64,000 nucleotides of DNA from Dudresnaya verticillata (Eukaryota). Of the stretch, positions 23,498 to 37,800 are shown piece after piece. The notes beneath the pieces are model-generated. The model made no database searches. It was not told where the DNA came from and worked only from the letters and a program-made list of their open reading frames with translations. Position 1 is the first letter of the stretch, and each line of letters opens with the position of its first letter. The position numbers and the translations under genes are program-made. The stretch covers positions 1,736,001-1,800,000 of the forward strand of contig OZ374560.1 in assembly GCA_977862235.1 (NCBI GenBank), written 5' to 3'.

Positions 23498-24172
23498 CTA
23501 CGAGCCATTATTGCTACCGATGGATTGGTTCCGATGCTTTTGAGCATTTTTCTCATGCCGAGTCCTATGCTGTCTCTGTCCGAACCGTTCTGAACAACCG
23601 TCGAAGCGGCAAACGAAGTCCTTTCTGCGCATGTGCACCGTGTTCACATGGACCTTCACGGCATTTCTATCTGCAAACCTCACCTCACAGCCTTGTTCAG
23701 TGCATTGATACTGCTTGATGTTGCAATGTCCCACTCTGATGTGTCGCGCCAAGCCCTTGTGGTACTTGAAGGTGTGGCTACAGTTCGGATATGAGCATGG
23801 GAAGCGCCTTGATTCAGTACGAACTGTTGTTTGGTTGCTCTGGGCACCGGTTCGGTTTTCGGCATCACGACAAATCGCTGTACGCGCCTCGGTGGCTTCA
23901 CTTGCTGTCTGCGGGGCTGGGACTGGGGCTAGGGCTGGGCTAACCGCAAGACGGTTGACATTAGTACCATTGCGTTGACCTGATAGGCGATGTTCCGGTG
24001 CGAGATCTTGAGGAGTGTTGCAACTCCTCTCGACCCTCTCCGGTCCAGCTTCCGGTGCCAAACGGTTTGCCACAGCTATCAACGCAGCTGTCCTTCCAGA
24101 TTCTATGTGACGAGCTCTCGCAGCAGGAGACATCTCGGTCACATTCTCTGGAGTTCCGCAAGACGACTCCAC
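23498..24172 (-). CDS. C2H2 zinc-finger protein (three tandem fingers), putative transcription factor; exact start uncertain
   Basis: FPCSYPNCSHTF..HKGLARHIRVGH; YQCTEQGCEVRF....AVKVHVNTVH; FVCRFDGCSERF....HRTRHEKNAQ. Confidence 0.8.
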   Translation of the reverse strand: MESSCGTPENVTEMSPAARARHIESGRTAALIAVANRLAPEAGPERVERSCNTPQDLAPEHRLSGQRNGTNVNRLAVSPALAPVPAPQTASEATEARTAICRDAENRTGAQSNQTTVRTESRRFPCSYPNCSHTFKYHKGLARHIRVGHCNIKQYQCTEQGCEVRFADRNAVKVHVNTVHMRRKDFVCRFDGCSERFGQRQHRTRHEKNAQKHRNQSIGSNNGS

Positions 24173-25236
24173 TTCGATTAAAGCATGATAAGTGGGGTAA
24201 TGTTCCCTTCCCTTTCACATTAACGAGGATCTTTAACGGACCACACTTTTGGCGTCGTTTTACAGTACACGACGACAATGATCATATTATTCTGGCAATT
24301 AGAGGGATAGGTTGGCTCGTATTAGTTGACTATGTCGGGCGTGGAAGAAGTTAGAAGAAGCACTTGTTACGATGGGGTGTTGTGCGAGTCCGCAAAAGGA
24401 CAAATAACATGATTTATGACGTTCAGCAGGGAATACAGTAATGTAATACACAGCTTCGGTGACAAGAGCAGAGTGAGCTTTCCCACATTTCGCCAGCACG
24501 ATGGAAACGTGTAGCATGAAAGGCTATGGACTAAAATTGCGTCTAGGTGCAATACACTAGGGGTGTCAGCGGAAGCCTCTCAGATACAGGGGAGGGCCCA
24601 ACAAAAGAACTGCAAAAGACTCCGTCACATTGGGTGCGGTGTGGAGTTTATAGAAACGGCTTTAAGGGACTGGGGAGAGCACTCACGATTCGCATTGTAT
24701 GTCACCTTCTCCGCTTTCAGGCGATCAATATCCATCGTCTTTCCCTTCAGGTAGGTCCTTGAGTAGACAGGGCGACCTAGCGCCCTTCGAACCCAACCAC
24801 AAAGGTCCCCATCTCTCTGGGGAGAGAAAACCTTTTTACCGCAGGGTCTACAGGGGATAGAGCCAGGGCAAGATGTGTAAAGAGATGATGATGGCTAATG
24901 GATTCAAGACTGATCGCGCTGCAACTGAAAGATAAACCTAACGGTCAGCGCAAGAATTCCACCCGGGGGGCTAGTGCGGTGGTATTGGATAGCGTAGAGA
25001 CCCATACCCCGAAGGAAGCCATATATGTAGGAACAAGCCCTCAAAATTCTATTTTTTAGTTGGCTGGGAAAGAAACAGTTTCCAGTTAGACTGCGTAGTG
25101 TTGAAAAAGGTCTAGCCCCGAGTGCATCGTATGTCTGCGAAGCCCTTGATGCAAAAAGATATGTGAACACTGACAGGAATTTTCCTCGGTACACACAGTT
25201 GCTTCATACTTGTCTCCAGTCGCAAAGTAGATTGCC

Positions 25237-26391
25237 TCAATTATTACCCAAGCTCTCACGGGTTCCACCTAGGTTTGGCTCAAGGTCAACGTTGTTGTAG
25301 ATGTAAACGATCTCGCAATGAGATGCTGCAAAGCTCTCCACTCCTCCAAGCTTGCACCCATATTGTTTGATAAGCTTCCGGGCACACGTGTTCGCATGGG
25401 CGTCAAGGTGTACCTTCCTCCACCAGTAATAGTTTCCAAACTCAGACGCGGTGGGGTCCAGAGCCTTGTCGAGCCCAAGCGACTTATATCCGTCCTGCAC
25501 CAGCTCTACTTGCGCCTCACCCATGGCCTTTTGTACTGCCTTTGCATAGGCCAGGTTGACGCGAAGATCATTCTTACTTGCCAGCCTTCCATGCCCTGGA
25601 CTGAAAATCTCAAAGTCCAACTTCAGCAGCTCTTCATGTACTGCCAGATATCTCCCAAAGTCAGGCGTAATCCCGAACCAGATCGAGGACACGAAGTCGG
25701 GTCTGATAATATCCGTTAGATGTGCTATTCCAGGTCCGTCTGGGCTTCTGACGATATGCACTAGCAAATCGGTCTGCGTATGCCCTCCCATGATAGTCAG
25801 ACGAACACGAAGATTCTTTGTCAGTCTGATGTAGCGAGCACGCCGTGGCTTGACGAATTTCGTCACCTTGGGAATACTCGACTCTTCGGCTCGGCCAAGG
25901 AACGTTTTCGTCTCCATGGTGCCCCATACATTAACGGGAACATCTGGGAACGATTTGGAGACGTATTGGTAAAATGCAGTCGAACCCGCGATGTGGTCCA
26001 TATGGCGATGTCCGTAAACCATGTCGATGAGTCTAGGGGTCCTGCCGTTTAGGACTTTGGCAACGGCCAGGCTGGGTAGGTAGTCACCATCCTTGTTGAA
26101 AAGGTTTGGCGTAAAAGGAAAGTCGACGACCGTGAGCCTTCCATTCGCAAAAAGAATAATGGCGAAGAAGCCACCCTCAGTAAAGGTGTAAACTCCTTTG
26201 CGGATCTCTGTGACGTTGAAGCCCTGGGGATCAATTACTGGGGGAAGTGCAACCTTTGCCAAAGGCAGGGTAGGGCATTTTTCCCCAGACTTCATACAGG
26301 CATCGAGCATGGAAAAACATTTTGAGCGGTCCTCCGCCTGGACTAAGCCGACGGCAACGAACAGAATTAGGAGTTGGAAGGCGGGGTTCAT
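25237..26391 (-). CDS. Secreted metallo-beta-lactamase-fold hydrolase (384 aa, single exon)
   Basis: Hydrophobic signal peptide MNPAFQLLILFVAVGLVQA; VVD, YGHRHMDHIAG (HxHxDH), GGHT, TDII and SPGHG metal-binding motifs; uninterrupted ORF. Confidence 0.9.
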   Translation of the reverse strand: MNPAFQLLILFVAVGLVQAEDRSKCFSMLDACMKSGEKCPTLPLAKVALPPVIDPQGFNVTEIRKGVYTFTEGGFFAIILFANGRLTVVDFPFTPNLFNKDGDYLPSLAVAKVLNGRTPRLIDMVYGHRHMDHIAGSTAFYQYVSKSFPDVPVNVWGTMETKTFLGRAEESSIPKVTKFVKPRRARYIRLTKNLRVRLTIMGGHTQTDLLVHIVRSPDGPGIAHLTDIIRPDFVSSIWFGITPDFGRYLAVHEELLKLDFEIFSPGHGRLASKNDLRVNLAYAKAVQKAMGEAQVELVQDGYKSLGLDKALDPTASEFGNYYWWRKVHLDAHANTCARKLIKQYGCKLGGVESFAASHCEIVYIYNNVDLEPNLGGTRESLGNN

Positions 26392-26508
26392 GTTGTGAGG
26401 CAGTTAGAAATCACAGTGGCAAATGGGTTGTGAACGGGGCTGAGTGAAGCCCGTTGAAGATGGTATCTGTTTTCGAAATTTCCAAGAAGTGTACAAGGGA
26501 AGTGTAGC

Positions 26509-26517
26509 TTATATAGA
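26509..26517 (-). promoter_or_regulatory. Putative TATA box of the MBL-fold gene
   Basis: CTATATAAG on the minus strand ~120 bp upstream of the ATG at 26391. Confidence 0.5.
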
Positions 26518-29500
26518 CGCAGAACTCTTCTGCACGTTGAGGTTAAAGGCAAGAATTCTTCTGTATCATGCAAATTGATGGCATCGAAGGGAAACTGGTT
26601 TGAACTGGGCGATGATTGTCAAGAAGTTGACTAAGCTCGTCTATATGTGAAACATCTGTCGTTACAAATTGCGTTTAGGCTCTGCAGCACTGAGCCCCAG
26701 ATAGTACTGAGATAGAAGTTGTACGTACTGCACATATACAATGCGAGATTTAAGGCTGCTGTGTCGAAAATTTCTACGGAGGGGCAATCGACTGAAGATC
26801 CAGAGCTAGACTCGAGTCTTCGTCGCGATATCGGTTAACTATTTGATCCATACACACAAAATGAGGAGATTCTTGCGTAGTCTTGGAACATGGCTCGTAC
26901 TAGGAAAGGAAAACTAGGAGGGGGGTTGGGAAATGAAAAAGACTGAACCTCGGCTGGACGACTTATTGCTGAGACCAACCAAACTGCCATCGCGAGCATG
27001 TACTTGCTGTTGGGTAAGTGCTTGAAGTCCTCTTGCGTCACCTCGTTGCTGTAGACATCGGGAGACGAGCCCCAAGGACTGGCATAGTCGAATTGAATGT
27101 TTGCGCAAGTACTTGATATCCAATGGGGCTCTCGTGAACGCAAAAGTGGCTGGTTTTCTCGCAGTATTGATTATTTACACATTAGTATGGTGAACGTCAG
27201 CAAAGAGAAACGCAGCATGCTCACAGATGAGCCTCCCCCGCGAGGATCTACCTCAAGGAGCACTCTTTTTCAAAATCTTGTCAGTTACTGGATCTCCAGG
27301 GTGGAGCATGACGAGGTCGTTACGGACCCCACAGTTGTGCAGTGCGCCATTGCGACGGCCATCAGCCGTATTTAGCCTCAGTCAAGTTTGGCATACAGTA
27401 GTACTATTTTATCTTGTGCATATCTTGGGAAGGGTATGTGGGGCTTTCCGCAAACAAAAGATTCAACGTACAGCATTGGGCACGACGCGGCAGAAAAGAA
27501 GATGCCGGCTCTGCACAAGACTGTTTGAAACAGACTGAGTGACAATGTCCCTGATAAACAAATTCACTATCCAGACAAGCACCGCATTTGGTGTGGCATT
27601 GGTAAAGGCCCACAAAACATCTCATAGCTGGCTGTGTCGCAAGTTTTAGCAGACAGCAACATACCTTCCCGACTGTGACCCCGTGGCGGGCATTTATTCT
27701 TCTCTACTTCTGCAGAAATACCCAGGTCAGCATGTGGTGCGGGGGTCCGGTACCATTGATTGACTTGATGCCCGCTACTAACGGAAGCACGGTAGATCAA
27801 ACTTTGAAACGGCGTTGCCGCCAATCACAAGTAAGCCTACGTATCCTCATACGCTATGGAATATAGAACTGCGTGGTCTTCGCTGCCTTGACGACGTCGG
27901 ACAAGCCTGGCGACTTGGAAAAGACGTTTCCTATTATCCAACTATGGCATTCGCGTGCTGTCCGCCCATTTTACATTTATTTCGACAACGCGGGCAATGC
28001 AGCGCAGGTCCACTCCACAGCAGACAATTCGTTGACGCCTTTGGTCCAATAAGCGGGCAGGTAACGACTGCATAAGTTCGGCTCAAGAAATGAGGAAAAC
28101 AACTACCGATGAAGGTGTACCAATAGAGTTGTACAAACGTTCCACTTCCTAAAGACAGCAGTCTCGTCAGCGTCATCAGACTCCTACGTTGTTTGCAACG
28201 GCCCTGTTTTGCCGCCGCCTACACCAACTCTCTAGGGCTGTGTTGCCCTCCACCCTGGCCGTTCCTGTTCTCACTCTCCACAATGCCCTGACCATATGGG
28301 CCAGTGTGGCAGTTCACAGGTTGCCCACTTAGGCCCAACCCAACTAATCATGCACATCAATCATCACAGCAAAGAACAAATAGAGACAACAAAGAGGTGC
28401 ACGAAGGACACGGAACTTAGAGATCTGCCCCTGTCAAAATAAAGAAATCTTGTTCAATCGCTCTGTATTGTCAACGAATGTTACGCAAGCGGCTCTCAAT
28501 GGTATTTTTGCTGTTGATAGCCACGCCTTTCAACTATCATTGCCGTGATTAGTCATCCATGTTTCTGACTCCTTGTTCATTCCAGCTTTTGAAGATGATG
28601 ACGGTGCTAAACACCATCTTGTTAGTCACCTTCTACGCTGCCAGGTGATGACCATCAATCGACCTCTCTCGAGAACATAGGAGTCCCTTCAAATTAAGAG
28701 TCTGCACAGTAGAATTATGCAATAAAAAGTCTTAAGTGAATTGAGTCAATTGTACGGTTCAGGCCTGTTAAAACTCCCCCTTCTCTCCATTAACGCTCTC
28801 CTCAGAGTGTACAATAGATGTTGAGCTGCATCCAACATAGTACACTGGAATATCTGCTGCATACCTCGACCGAGCGTTTAGCGCTAGTTTTGCTTCATGT
28901 ACCATGTAAACTTTGAATGTCTTTTCAGAGATACAGTATCAGGAGTGGCCTGGGAGTGGCTCGCAATGACTATCACTCAGTGGCAAGCCCCAAGCTTTCC
29001 CCGTAGCTATTAATCCTTTCTGTACCATGGTAAAAGTACCTGATTGAGCATCCGAATAGCTTACTCTTTTCTCGCTTGCGTCGAAACGAAGAATTCACAT
29101 GGTATGATATGATTCACATATTCTATGTAATACGATCTGAGAAGGAATGTTGAGATATGGACAACATTGAAGCTTATCAGATTTTTCTCAAGATTGCAAC
29201 TCGCACATTTACTGTTTGAAGCGATTCATTGCTCAGTTGCTTCGCTAGCAACCTTCAGCAACTACTCGTCGTCGTCGTACCCTCTTTACAGAACATGCAA
29301 AGCCGGGGCGAGCTACGACAGAGACCCTGTCCTCTGGAAAAATTTACCCTTCTCTCGAGACTGTCCCTCTTCGCGGTCGTGGAGTCACTTGCAGTTCATC
29401 CTCGTCTCGCTGATTACGGTTCATTGCGTTATTGTCGGAACGCGAGTCTGTGATTATCAGTCGAATCATTTGAATGCATGGAAGCCAAGGAATGCCGAAG

Positions 29501-32500
29501 CAGTTGAGGCTGTTTCCATCGCGATTGTCGTCATATTGAATGTTAGGCAGACCTATGACCAAAGATTCTTTGGAGATCATTGCACGGGAAGAGCCGCGAG
29601 GCTGAAGCATTGAATCGTGGAGAGGGACCACACAGATGCTGACATATGCTCGAAAGAAGAAATCTGGAGAGGCTGGGACTTGGATGAAGTGTGTTGGAAA
29701 ATAGTAACAAAGGCAGTAAACGTTCTTGAGATTGGCAGTGACGTGCTTGATGGATGTCTGCTTATACATCGCTAGAGCAGACGAATGCCACCGCATCTGC
29801 CATACAAAGGATCCCTGAAAAGAGGATCTGAAAAGAGTTGTGATGTAAACCTCAATCGATGATGTGAAGTGTTAGAAGCCTACAAGGTAACCCTGGGCGA
29901 TCTTTAAGTAATTTACTGAGCGTTCGCGATTGATCAGTGAGGGTCACATTCTCTAAAGGTGAAGCTGAAGAACATTAGTTTTTATTAATTGGTAAGCTCT
30001 CACAGGAGAGCTGCAACAAGAGCACAGAGACGACAACAGCTTTGTCCAAGCTGACGTACGGTGCAGGCTCACCTGGACACAAGCGGAGTACCAGAGTGGA
30101 CGCATTGCGGTGAAAGACATAAGGCTAGAAGGTCGCATGGCAAAGGCTTGGTCGTGAAGGTAAAGATTCATCGTTCGCAGGAAGCATGCAAGAATAAACA
30201 TGGTGGAAACGAGAAACAGACAACAGATGAACGCGAAGTAAATCTGCAAACTGACTGAACTGTCACACTGCACAAAGGAGACGCAGAAAATGTTTTTTGT
30301 TGCTGCTGTATTATTAACCCACCGTGCTGCAACTATCCGATGACCTTCGAAGAGCGTGTCTATCCGTTGCGGTAAAATAGATTCAGATACAGTACCGAAT
30401 ATCCGTGTGGTTATCTCCCAACTTTGTGATTATATCAGCAAATCTATTTGCAAAACTGCTCATTTGGCCAACGTCGTGGTACTTTATCTACCAACAGGAA
30501 GCCACCAACTGGCAGCTAACTGGGCCCCATCTTTGTTGTGGTAGTGATGGTGTGGGACTGGACCAATTGAAGTTTTGCTATTTCGCTCGGATAGACTTGC
30601 TCTATGCATACGCCGATGGCAAGGAGAATCCAGTAGCATAGCATCAACGAGAGCAAAGGCGGGATTGACAACGGCTGACAAGGACGCTAGCTAGGTCTCC
30701 TTTGAGCCTACATGTGGAAGAGAGCGCATCTTGCGCTGATGCGTGCGACCGCTGCAGTTTGAATTGCAGGACGCATGTGTCTGTTGTTGGTCTGCAGTCG
30801 AAATATATGTGCGCTAATGCTTCTGCGTCTTGCCGCTGACATCAGCATCTGAACAGCTGCAAGCACGCGCACATTGTGAACACAAAATTCGCTAATATTT
30901 TGTGGCTTATGGTGTCGTTGTCGCAGCCCCGTTGCATTGGAATGGTACATGCATTGTTGTGTGCGTGTACCGTGTCGGTAAAGTTATTTTTGATAGCGGC
31001 TCAAAGAATCCTGTCAAGTTGCGCATTTTCATCGCCCGCACAAGAACACGTTTGAGCAACGCTTGTCTTTTACCCAGTCTAAAGAACGAAAGGAAGCAAA
31101 ACTTGAGGATAGAAAAGGCGACACAAGTTGAAACTGCAAAAATACCCACACCACCCAATAGCAAAGAAGGTGAGAAGACGAGACGAGTGTCGCGAGAGAC
31201 TCAAGGCGGCAGGGTCCAGAATGTGTCCACACCACCCGCGAATAAGCAGACGTGCTTTGGAAGGTTCCAATCATTTCGAAGGTGAAAATCTTGCAGATAA
31301 TAGTCAGCAGTGTGAAGGTGACGTGTTCAAAAATTCCGCGCTCCTTCCTGTCATCCATTAGACATCGCGTTAGTCGGAGTGGCAATAGAGCGGAATTGGA
31401 ACCGTCTCTGGACAACTAGCCAACCCACGTCTGGGTTGACGTCTCGTCAAAGGGGAAAGGCAATCCGGTGGCCTCCGCAGACCAGGCAAAGAGCAGCAAT
31501 ATTGGGTTGGGCATCGGTGTCTCAACGGTGTCACAGCAGGCATGGTGCGTGCCCGGCTTTTTAGCCTGGCTGCCGGAGTGTCTGAGACTCCCATCCCACC
31601 AGACGTCGCTGTTGATATTGCAATTTTGCACGCGCTATATAATGTGCTCTCGTTGTTGTTCTCGGCTATTTACTGGGAGTTATTTACGTGCTGCTTGAGG
31701 GCTGCAGTATTTGCTGGACCCGCCCCATTACCTTGAACAGGGTATTGCACTGCTGCCTACGCCAGCATCTCTGACCCTCCCCGGTTGCCGTCGTCGTTCA
31801 AGTTGGAAGTCGTCTTTGCCCTCTCTCGGGACTTGGCCTCACGGCCCAATCGCCCCGGCGGTGTATTGGTGTTTTCAGCGCGCCTGTGTTAAGCGGAGCG
31901 CGTTCTGTAACAGCAATTGTATCCGTGTGTTTAATCGAGAAAATATATTCACAGCTACTCGATTGTCTATCCGCATCGGTACCTACAATTTATTTGATAC
32001 ACACGGTGAAAAGGAAATGATTACTTTATTGTAGAAGTAGAAATTATCAGTAACAATGACTAACGCATAACGGCGTGAATTCCAGTAGGTACACAAAGAG
32101 AATGGCGTCTCAGACAAAAAAGAAACGAAAACGATACAAAGAACTTGAAGTGAAAGAGCGAGGGTGGGAGGGAGGGAGAACGAAGGAAAGAACTTGTCGA
32201 GACCTGTTCGTGAGCTGCGGCATGGGGAGCCTTATTTCCCCAGACTCGACTTTCAAGTTGCTAGGTTCCTGTTGCGGACACAACGAGTCACCCATCAGCG
32301 CACAAACCATAGAGTCCCATAAACGGTTGAAATTCCAATTCATGCTGCAGAACCCCACCACCAGTGCGCTCATCACAGCATTGATTGAAGCCACTAGTCT
32401 GGCAGTACTTGGGGCTTTCACAATTCCCGCACTACAAGCGATTAAAATGACATCGAAAACAGCTACTCACGGAGTCCTGTCGATTCTTCCATCAGAAACA

Positions 32501-34188
32501 CAATATTTAGTTGCCCGTGCGGGGTCGCCCTAAACAATTAGTAAATGTTTACCATCACAGCAAGGGGAAAGATCGCGGCGCGGCGCGCCGCGACGTCCCC
32601 GGAGCCCTTTACAGTTTCGCAAAGTAGTTTTCTGTGTACCGATGGTTCTGATGTGAGCTTTTGACAGGGGGTCTGGAGGTGGCAGTTTGTCATTTTGACA
32701 GAGTGCCTGGCCACAACTTGCCAGTTTCTCATTTTGACAGGCTGCCTAGACGTACTATTTTTTTATTTTGGCATGTTGGCATAGTGTGCTTGTCTCGCAT
32801 TTAGACAGTTTGTTTTACCTCGGTGTTCCACTATCCTATTTAGACAGGTTGTTTGTGTACCAGGCTGTCACGGCAGCGCATGTAAGGTTTCAAGACGATT
32901 TAATGCAAGAAAAGAAGAAAGAGAAAACATCTCGTCGTTCTGTAAGAGAACGTCCAAGATGCACTAAGATATGAAAGAAATTATCGACGCCTTTAAGAGG
33001 CTGTGATTTTCTAAGTAGTGGAATCATCCATCACGTCTGCCTTCAACAAAGTCAACAGCCTCTGGGAGAAACGGGTTGCTGACGGCAACAGGCATATTAT
33101 GGAATGTATGTTCGGGGTCGGATGTACGGTCTTCCTCCATATGTAGTAGAATAATATCGCCACATTTCTTTGCTCGGGGGAGGCTAATGTATAGCTGCCC
33201 TGGAGAGACACTTTTGGAACGCAGGTCGACGATAATTCTGCTTAAGGTCTGCCCTTGTGCCATATGCGCCGTAGCGATGAACGCCAGACGAATAGGAAAC
33301 TGCCTTCTAGTAACACGAACACCGTGAAATGCAAACTGAAAGTCTATGCGATGTAACGAGAAGTATTCCAGTTCGCTTCCAGATTGACCAATATTCGCAA
33401 CGTAACCCATTCTACGTGTATAGCGCTTGACGAAAAACCTTTCTCCATTGACAATCTCAGGGTGAAGAAGGCTCCTGCCAAGTAACAATGACTGGAACAC
33501 CGAGTTTAAGTTGTAGATAATGCCGCGGAACCCCTGTCGGCATATATCGGTACGTCATTTCTACCACAATATTGTTGCTGGTAGGGTTTGAACTGCTGCC
33601 GCTGCGTCGGACCGGAACAAAGCTGGTTGCTGGCTTGAGTGAGAACATTGTTCCCGGGAATCGGTTCAAGCATTCCTCATTGTGCTCATTGACGAGTGCG
33701 TTGCTGGGACAAACAATCATTCTGTTCGGTTCCACATCTATTGGAATTCCGGTTCTAGGCCACTTCCAAAGACCTTCGTACGCTGTTTTCATATCTCCGT
33801 TGGATGAAAGAGGAAGCGGACGAGTGGCTGGGAACCTTCCAGTCGCGATAGACATCAACATTCTACTGAATCTCTGTTCTTCTGACTGACGGACCTGCTG
33901 AGTAATGCGGAGTACATTCACACGGGGCCAAAGGGAGGAAGCCCACGAAGGTTCGTCCAAAAGTGATACGTTAACGTATCGTTTAGTCCGCTGTTCATCT
34001 TCCTCCAGTTTCCTTGACGGCACTACGGGGAGAGGCTGAAGATACTCTCCCGCAAACACGATACTCAAGCCTCCAAATAGCGGCTTGTCTTGTGCAGAAT
34101 ACGAGCTACTGCTGGTACCCCCCACCACCGGTCCTTGAATGTCCCGGTCTCACTCTAAGTTCCTTCAAAATTGCTTCAACATGCTCAA

Positions 34189-34861
34189 TGTGGTGAAGCG
34201 GCCGTTGTGGAGTGCCGACGACGGTTGAGCCGACTCGCGACCGGCGCCCCGGTGAGATGGCGCCAAAATCCGAACGGGAGTGCAGCGACACAGTAGCACT
34301 GTACGCCTTGCTGGAGTCTGCGCGCACCACCAATAGGAGCCAAGTAGTTGATTTATTTGTAATTAGGTAATTGTAGTGATGTTGTACAGTACGTAGTGTC
34401 AGCCGGCCAATGAGAATGCCGAGCATGTCTGCAATGGTGACCGGGACCAGTAGGGCCGGACCCACCTGGTGGACCACCCATTGGGGTCTGGCCCACATGG
34501 ACCGGACCGCGGGGCGTATCTCCCAGTATATTAATGGGTGGCCACTTCGAGTCCTACAGTAAACGGGTACGCAACCCTGGGCAAAGTGACTTACCCTAAG
34601 CCTCACCCTCATACTCCTTTACGGTTTCCCCTCGCCAGCCCCGTGCACGGATTCCTCCTACCTCCGTCCCGGTGTAGCTGCCCTGGCACTGTAACGTCCC
34701 CCTTGTCTGTTGCGTCCCTTTACTCCTTACAGGTGTTGCCGCTCGAGGTACTCCCTTCGGTCTACGAACTAAGCTCTACCACCCCGGTGCCGTGTGAGAT
34801 CACTCCTTATTGGGATTGCCTGATCAGCTCTCCTTACAGGTGTGCCTTTCACTTCACCACA
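34189..34861 (+). mobile_element. Solo LTR of Gypsy family A inserted in the Helitron helicase
   Basis: Inverted homolog of 10352-11031; TGTGGTG...CACCACA termini; perfect 5-bp TSD CTCAA (34184-34188, 34862-34866). Confidence 0.95.
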
Positions 34862-37800
34862 CTCAAATAAAACGCGTTGCATCATTGAGGCCTCGTCAAC
34901 AATGAGAAGTGCCATGTTTCGAAGTATCTCTGCTCTTTGCGAACGTGCCCCGTACTTTGAAAGCTTCGCATGTCGCTCAGAACTGTCTTTTTATCTACTC
35001 CAAGACCAAATAAGCTGTGGAGTGTGCGCTCCCCCGAGTACAGTGATGCTGCAATACCTGTAGCCGCAGTAATCTCCAGATACATTCCCTTGACCTGTGC
35101 CATGTCGCGTAGTAGAGAAAGAAGATAAGTCTTCCCTGTTCCAGTATGTCTTTGTAAGAAGAATACTTTTCCATCTGTCCCTAGTTTGTCTTGCTGACGT
35201 CGTTCGATTAAGTTCGTCATGAGCCTGTCAAACACACGCTTCTGTTGCGAGTTTAAAGTACGGTACTTGTGCTCCAGGCGTGTTCGTGTACTCCTAGATG
35301 AAGAATCTCGATTGATGTCGTTCTGTACCCTTTCAGTCTCCGTGGATCGTTCCTGAGAAGTGACGAAAGAACGGAATGAGCGCTGATGCCTTAGTAGATG
35401 CCCACCATGACGGTCGGATATCTCTATGAGTCTGCGGATAAGCTCGGCCTTGTTGCTAGCAGCAGAGCCCAGGTTAATATCGGATATTAAATAGTCCATG
35501 TGCCTCTCTAACATTCTATTTGGATGCCCTACCTGCTGGTAATTCGTCACTATCATGAAGCGCAGGTTTCCAAGAGTTGAATGCATTCGCACTGCTTCAT
35601 CGAAGGACCGGTCATACTCATTTCCATCGGCATAGAAACCCATAGCTACTGCTGCATCGCGGAACGACTCGTATCTAGTTCCTTCGAATTCTTTGCCATC
35701 TGCGAAGGAGGAGAGAGCCCTGTGCATGACGATCGATCGGAGTGCAAAATGCTCGACATTGGCTGGTTAAACGACGCGGATGCGTGCTAGAGTGTCTTCA
35801 TTGGATCCTCTCCTTACCACATATTGACTGGGACGCCCATTGTCGCGTGGAATGTCACCACTCTGGCACTGAAGGCTTTGTGGAAGTGTCTTATAGAACT
35901 TCAATTTTTCCATGTAGTCGAGAAAGGTTTTGGACCTGTACTGTGTCGGACGCTTGAAGTAGCGCAGTAACGGTGAGTCTGACAACTGCCGAGGAAGATT
36001 CGGGTTACGGATGAAAATGTTTCGTTCTCCTTCTAAGTGTATCTGATATGCAGAAACAGTAGGCTTCATCTTGACGTGCCTGAAATCAAGTAGGGACCAG
36101 GCCGCCTCTACTGCACCTCTCACTCTCGCCCGCATGTGGAGTCGAATTTCAGTGTGGATATTGCCCCTTGCGGGGTTTCTCTGTGTCCCGTCCCTGCCCT
36201 CTTCTGCCCCGGTTCTTATGCTTACGTCGTGCAACTTGGGTGGTTCGAATGTATACTTCATGAGGTATGCGACCGCTCTGCCTCCTTGTGTGCGCTCTAC
36301 ATTGATGTGACAACGGTACCTGCGTGTCAACTTAGCATTGTAAGGTACAACTCGGAGATCTTCCGCTTTCCTCCGCCGATACACAACGCGATTGCATGTC
36401 TCATCAATGTGTGTGGAGGGCGTCGCGACGTTTTTATCGTACCTGAAGCGGCATCTTCTGTCCCGCGTACGGCCCCTACAGTACGGGGAGTGCCGATGCA
36501 TGTTCAACTTCTTGACTAAAGCTCGGAGTTCCAGATCATCTTCCTCAGTCGGCAATTCTACACTGATCATGGCGTCAACTTCATCCAAATCCACCAGTAG
36601 TCCTCCCTCCAAGAATACCAACATGTGATTGTGCGGCGTGTTCCTTTCTTGGAACTCCAGCTTTGAAGCAATACCGATACAACGTCGACCGAAATACTCT
36701 GGTGAGTTCTCTTGTATCTCCCTCATGACATCGTTTACCAATGCATTATAAACCCTTGCAGTGAGATCTGGGCGGTCGAAGACGTGGGGCTTGCTTCCAT
36801 GAGGCTGGAAGGTACTGCGGTGTTGAATGTCAAAGCCTAGCCGGTCCATATCTTCCCTCCATGGGTTCATCGTAGCAGTCATGAGAAGAGAAGGGATATG
36901 CATTCGTGCAACGATTGCCTGCACGTCTAGTAACTTCCCCTGCCAGTATGAAGGAGATTTGATGTGGTTATCAGGAAGGAAGAGCCGGCCAGCACGATAT
37001 GTCTCATCATCATCCATCACAAGTTCTTGCAGTTCTCTCTCCTCGACGATTCTTTCCGTTTGCTCACGTTCAAGGAATCTAAGACGCTGATCTTCTATAT
37101 TCGTAACGGTTCGAAGTAGCCAGACTTGGAAACGTGTCCCGCTGTCCTGAAGGATATTGTCTGAGTATAGTCGCCGCTTAACGCGGGTTGCCCACGCCAG
37201 CTTACGCACTTTCTTCTGGCTTGCCTCTTCTTCAGAGTCAGTATTAGAGTTATCCCCTCTCGCTTGTAAGAACAGTGCTATATCGAACGGCAAATGCTCA
37301 TCACCTCACGGGTATAGAAGCGGAAACGCCCCCATCCCTGCTAACTTAGATGCTGCACTCAACGCACGGTACTCAACAACACGTCTTTCACTGTTCGGTG
37401 CGCGACCTATGGTGGTTTCTCGATGTACATCTGTGCTTCCAACTATCTGCACCATTGGCTAATCGCTCCGATACAGCCCAGAAGGATCTACAGTGTAGCT
37501 GTGTAGATGCCTTGGTGCTCCCGTTTGATCTTACGGAAGCGGCCCCACTCCTCCCACACCTTCTACGTCCCCAACATGTCTCCCACGGTAGTTTTGCATT
37601 ACTACACTGTCATTTGCAACTTGTTCATTCACTTCTACTGCGTGAACAGTGATTGCAGGGTCATTTGAAGAGCTGCCGGCAGCAGCACCCGAGATTGAGA
37701 AACCAAGGAGCGGTAAGTCTCCCTTAGTAGACGCGGTGGGGGTTTCAGATATATATACATACAGAATCGGGACGAGTCGGCGAACATTTGCGTTATTAAC

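Noticed and set aside
26800..32500. Short ORFs in the unique region between the MBL gene and the Helitron
   Set aside because: No recognisable motifs or consistent long frame; may hold decayed genes, but nothing I can support without a search
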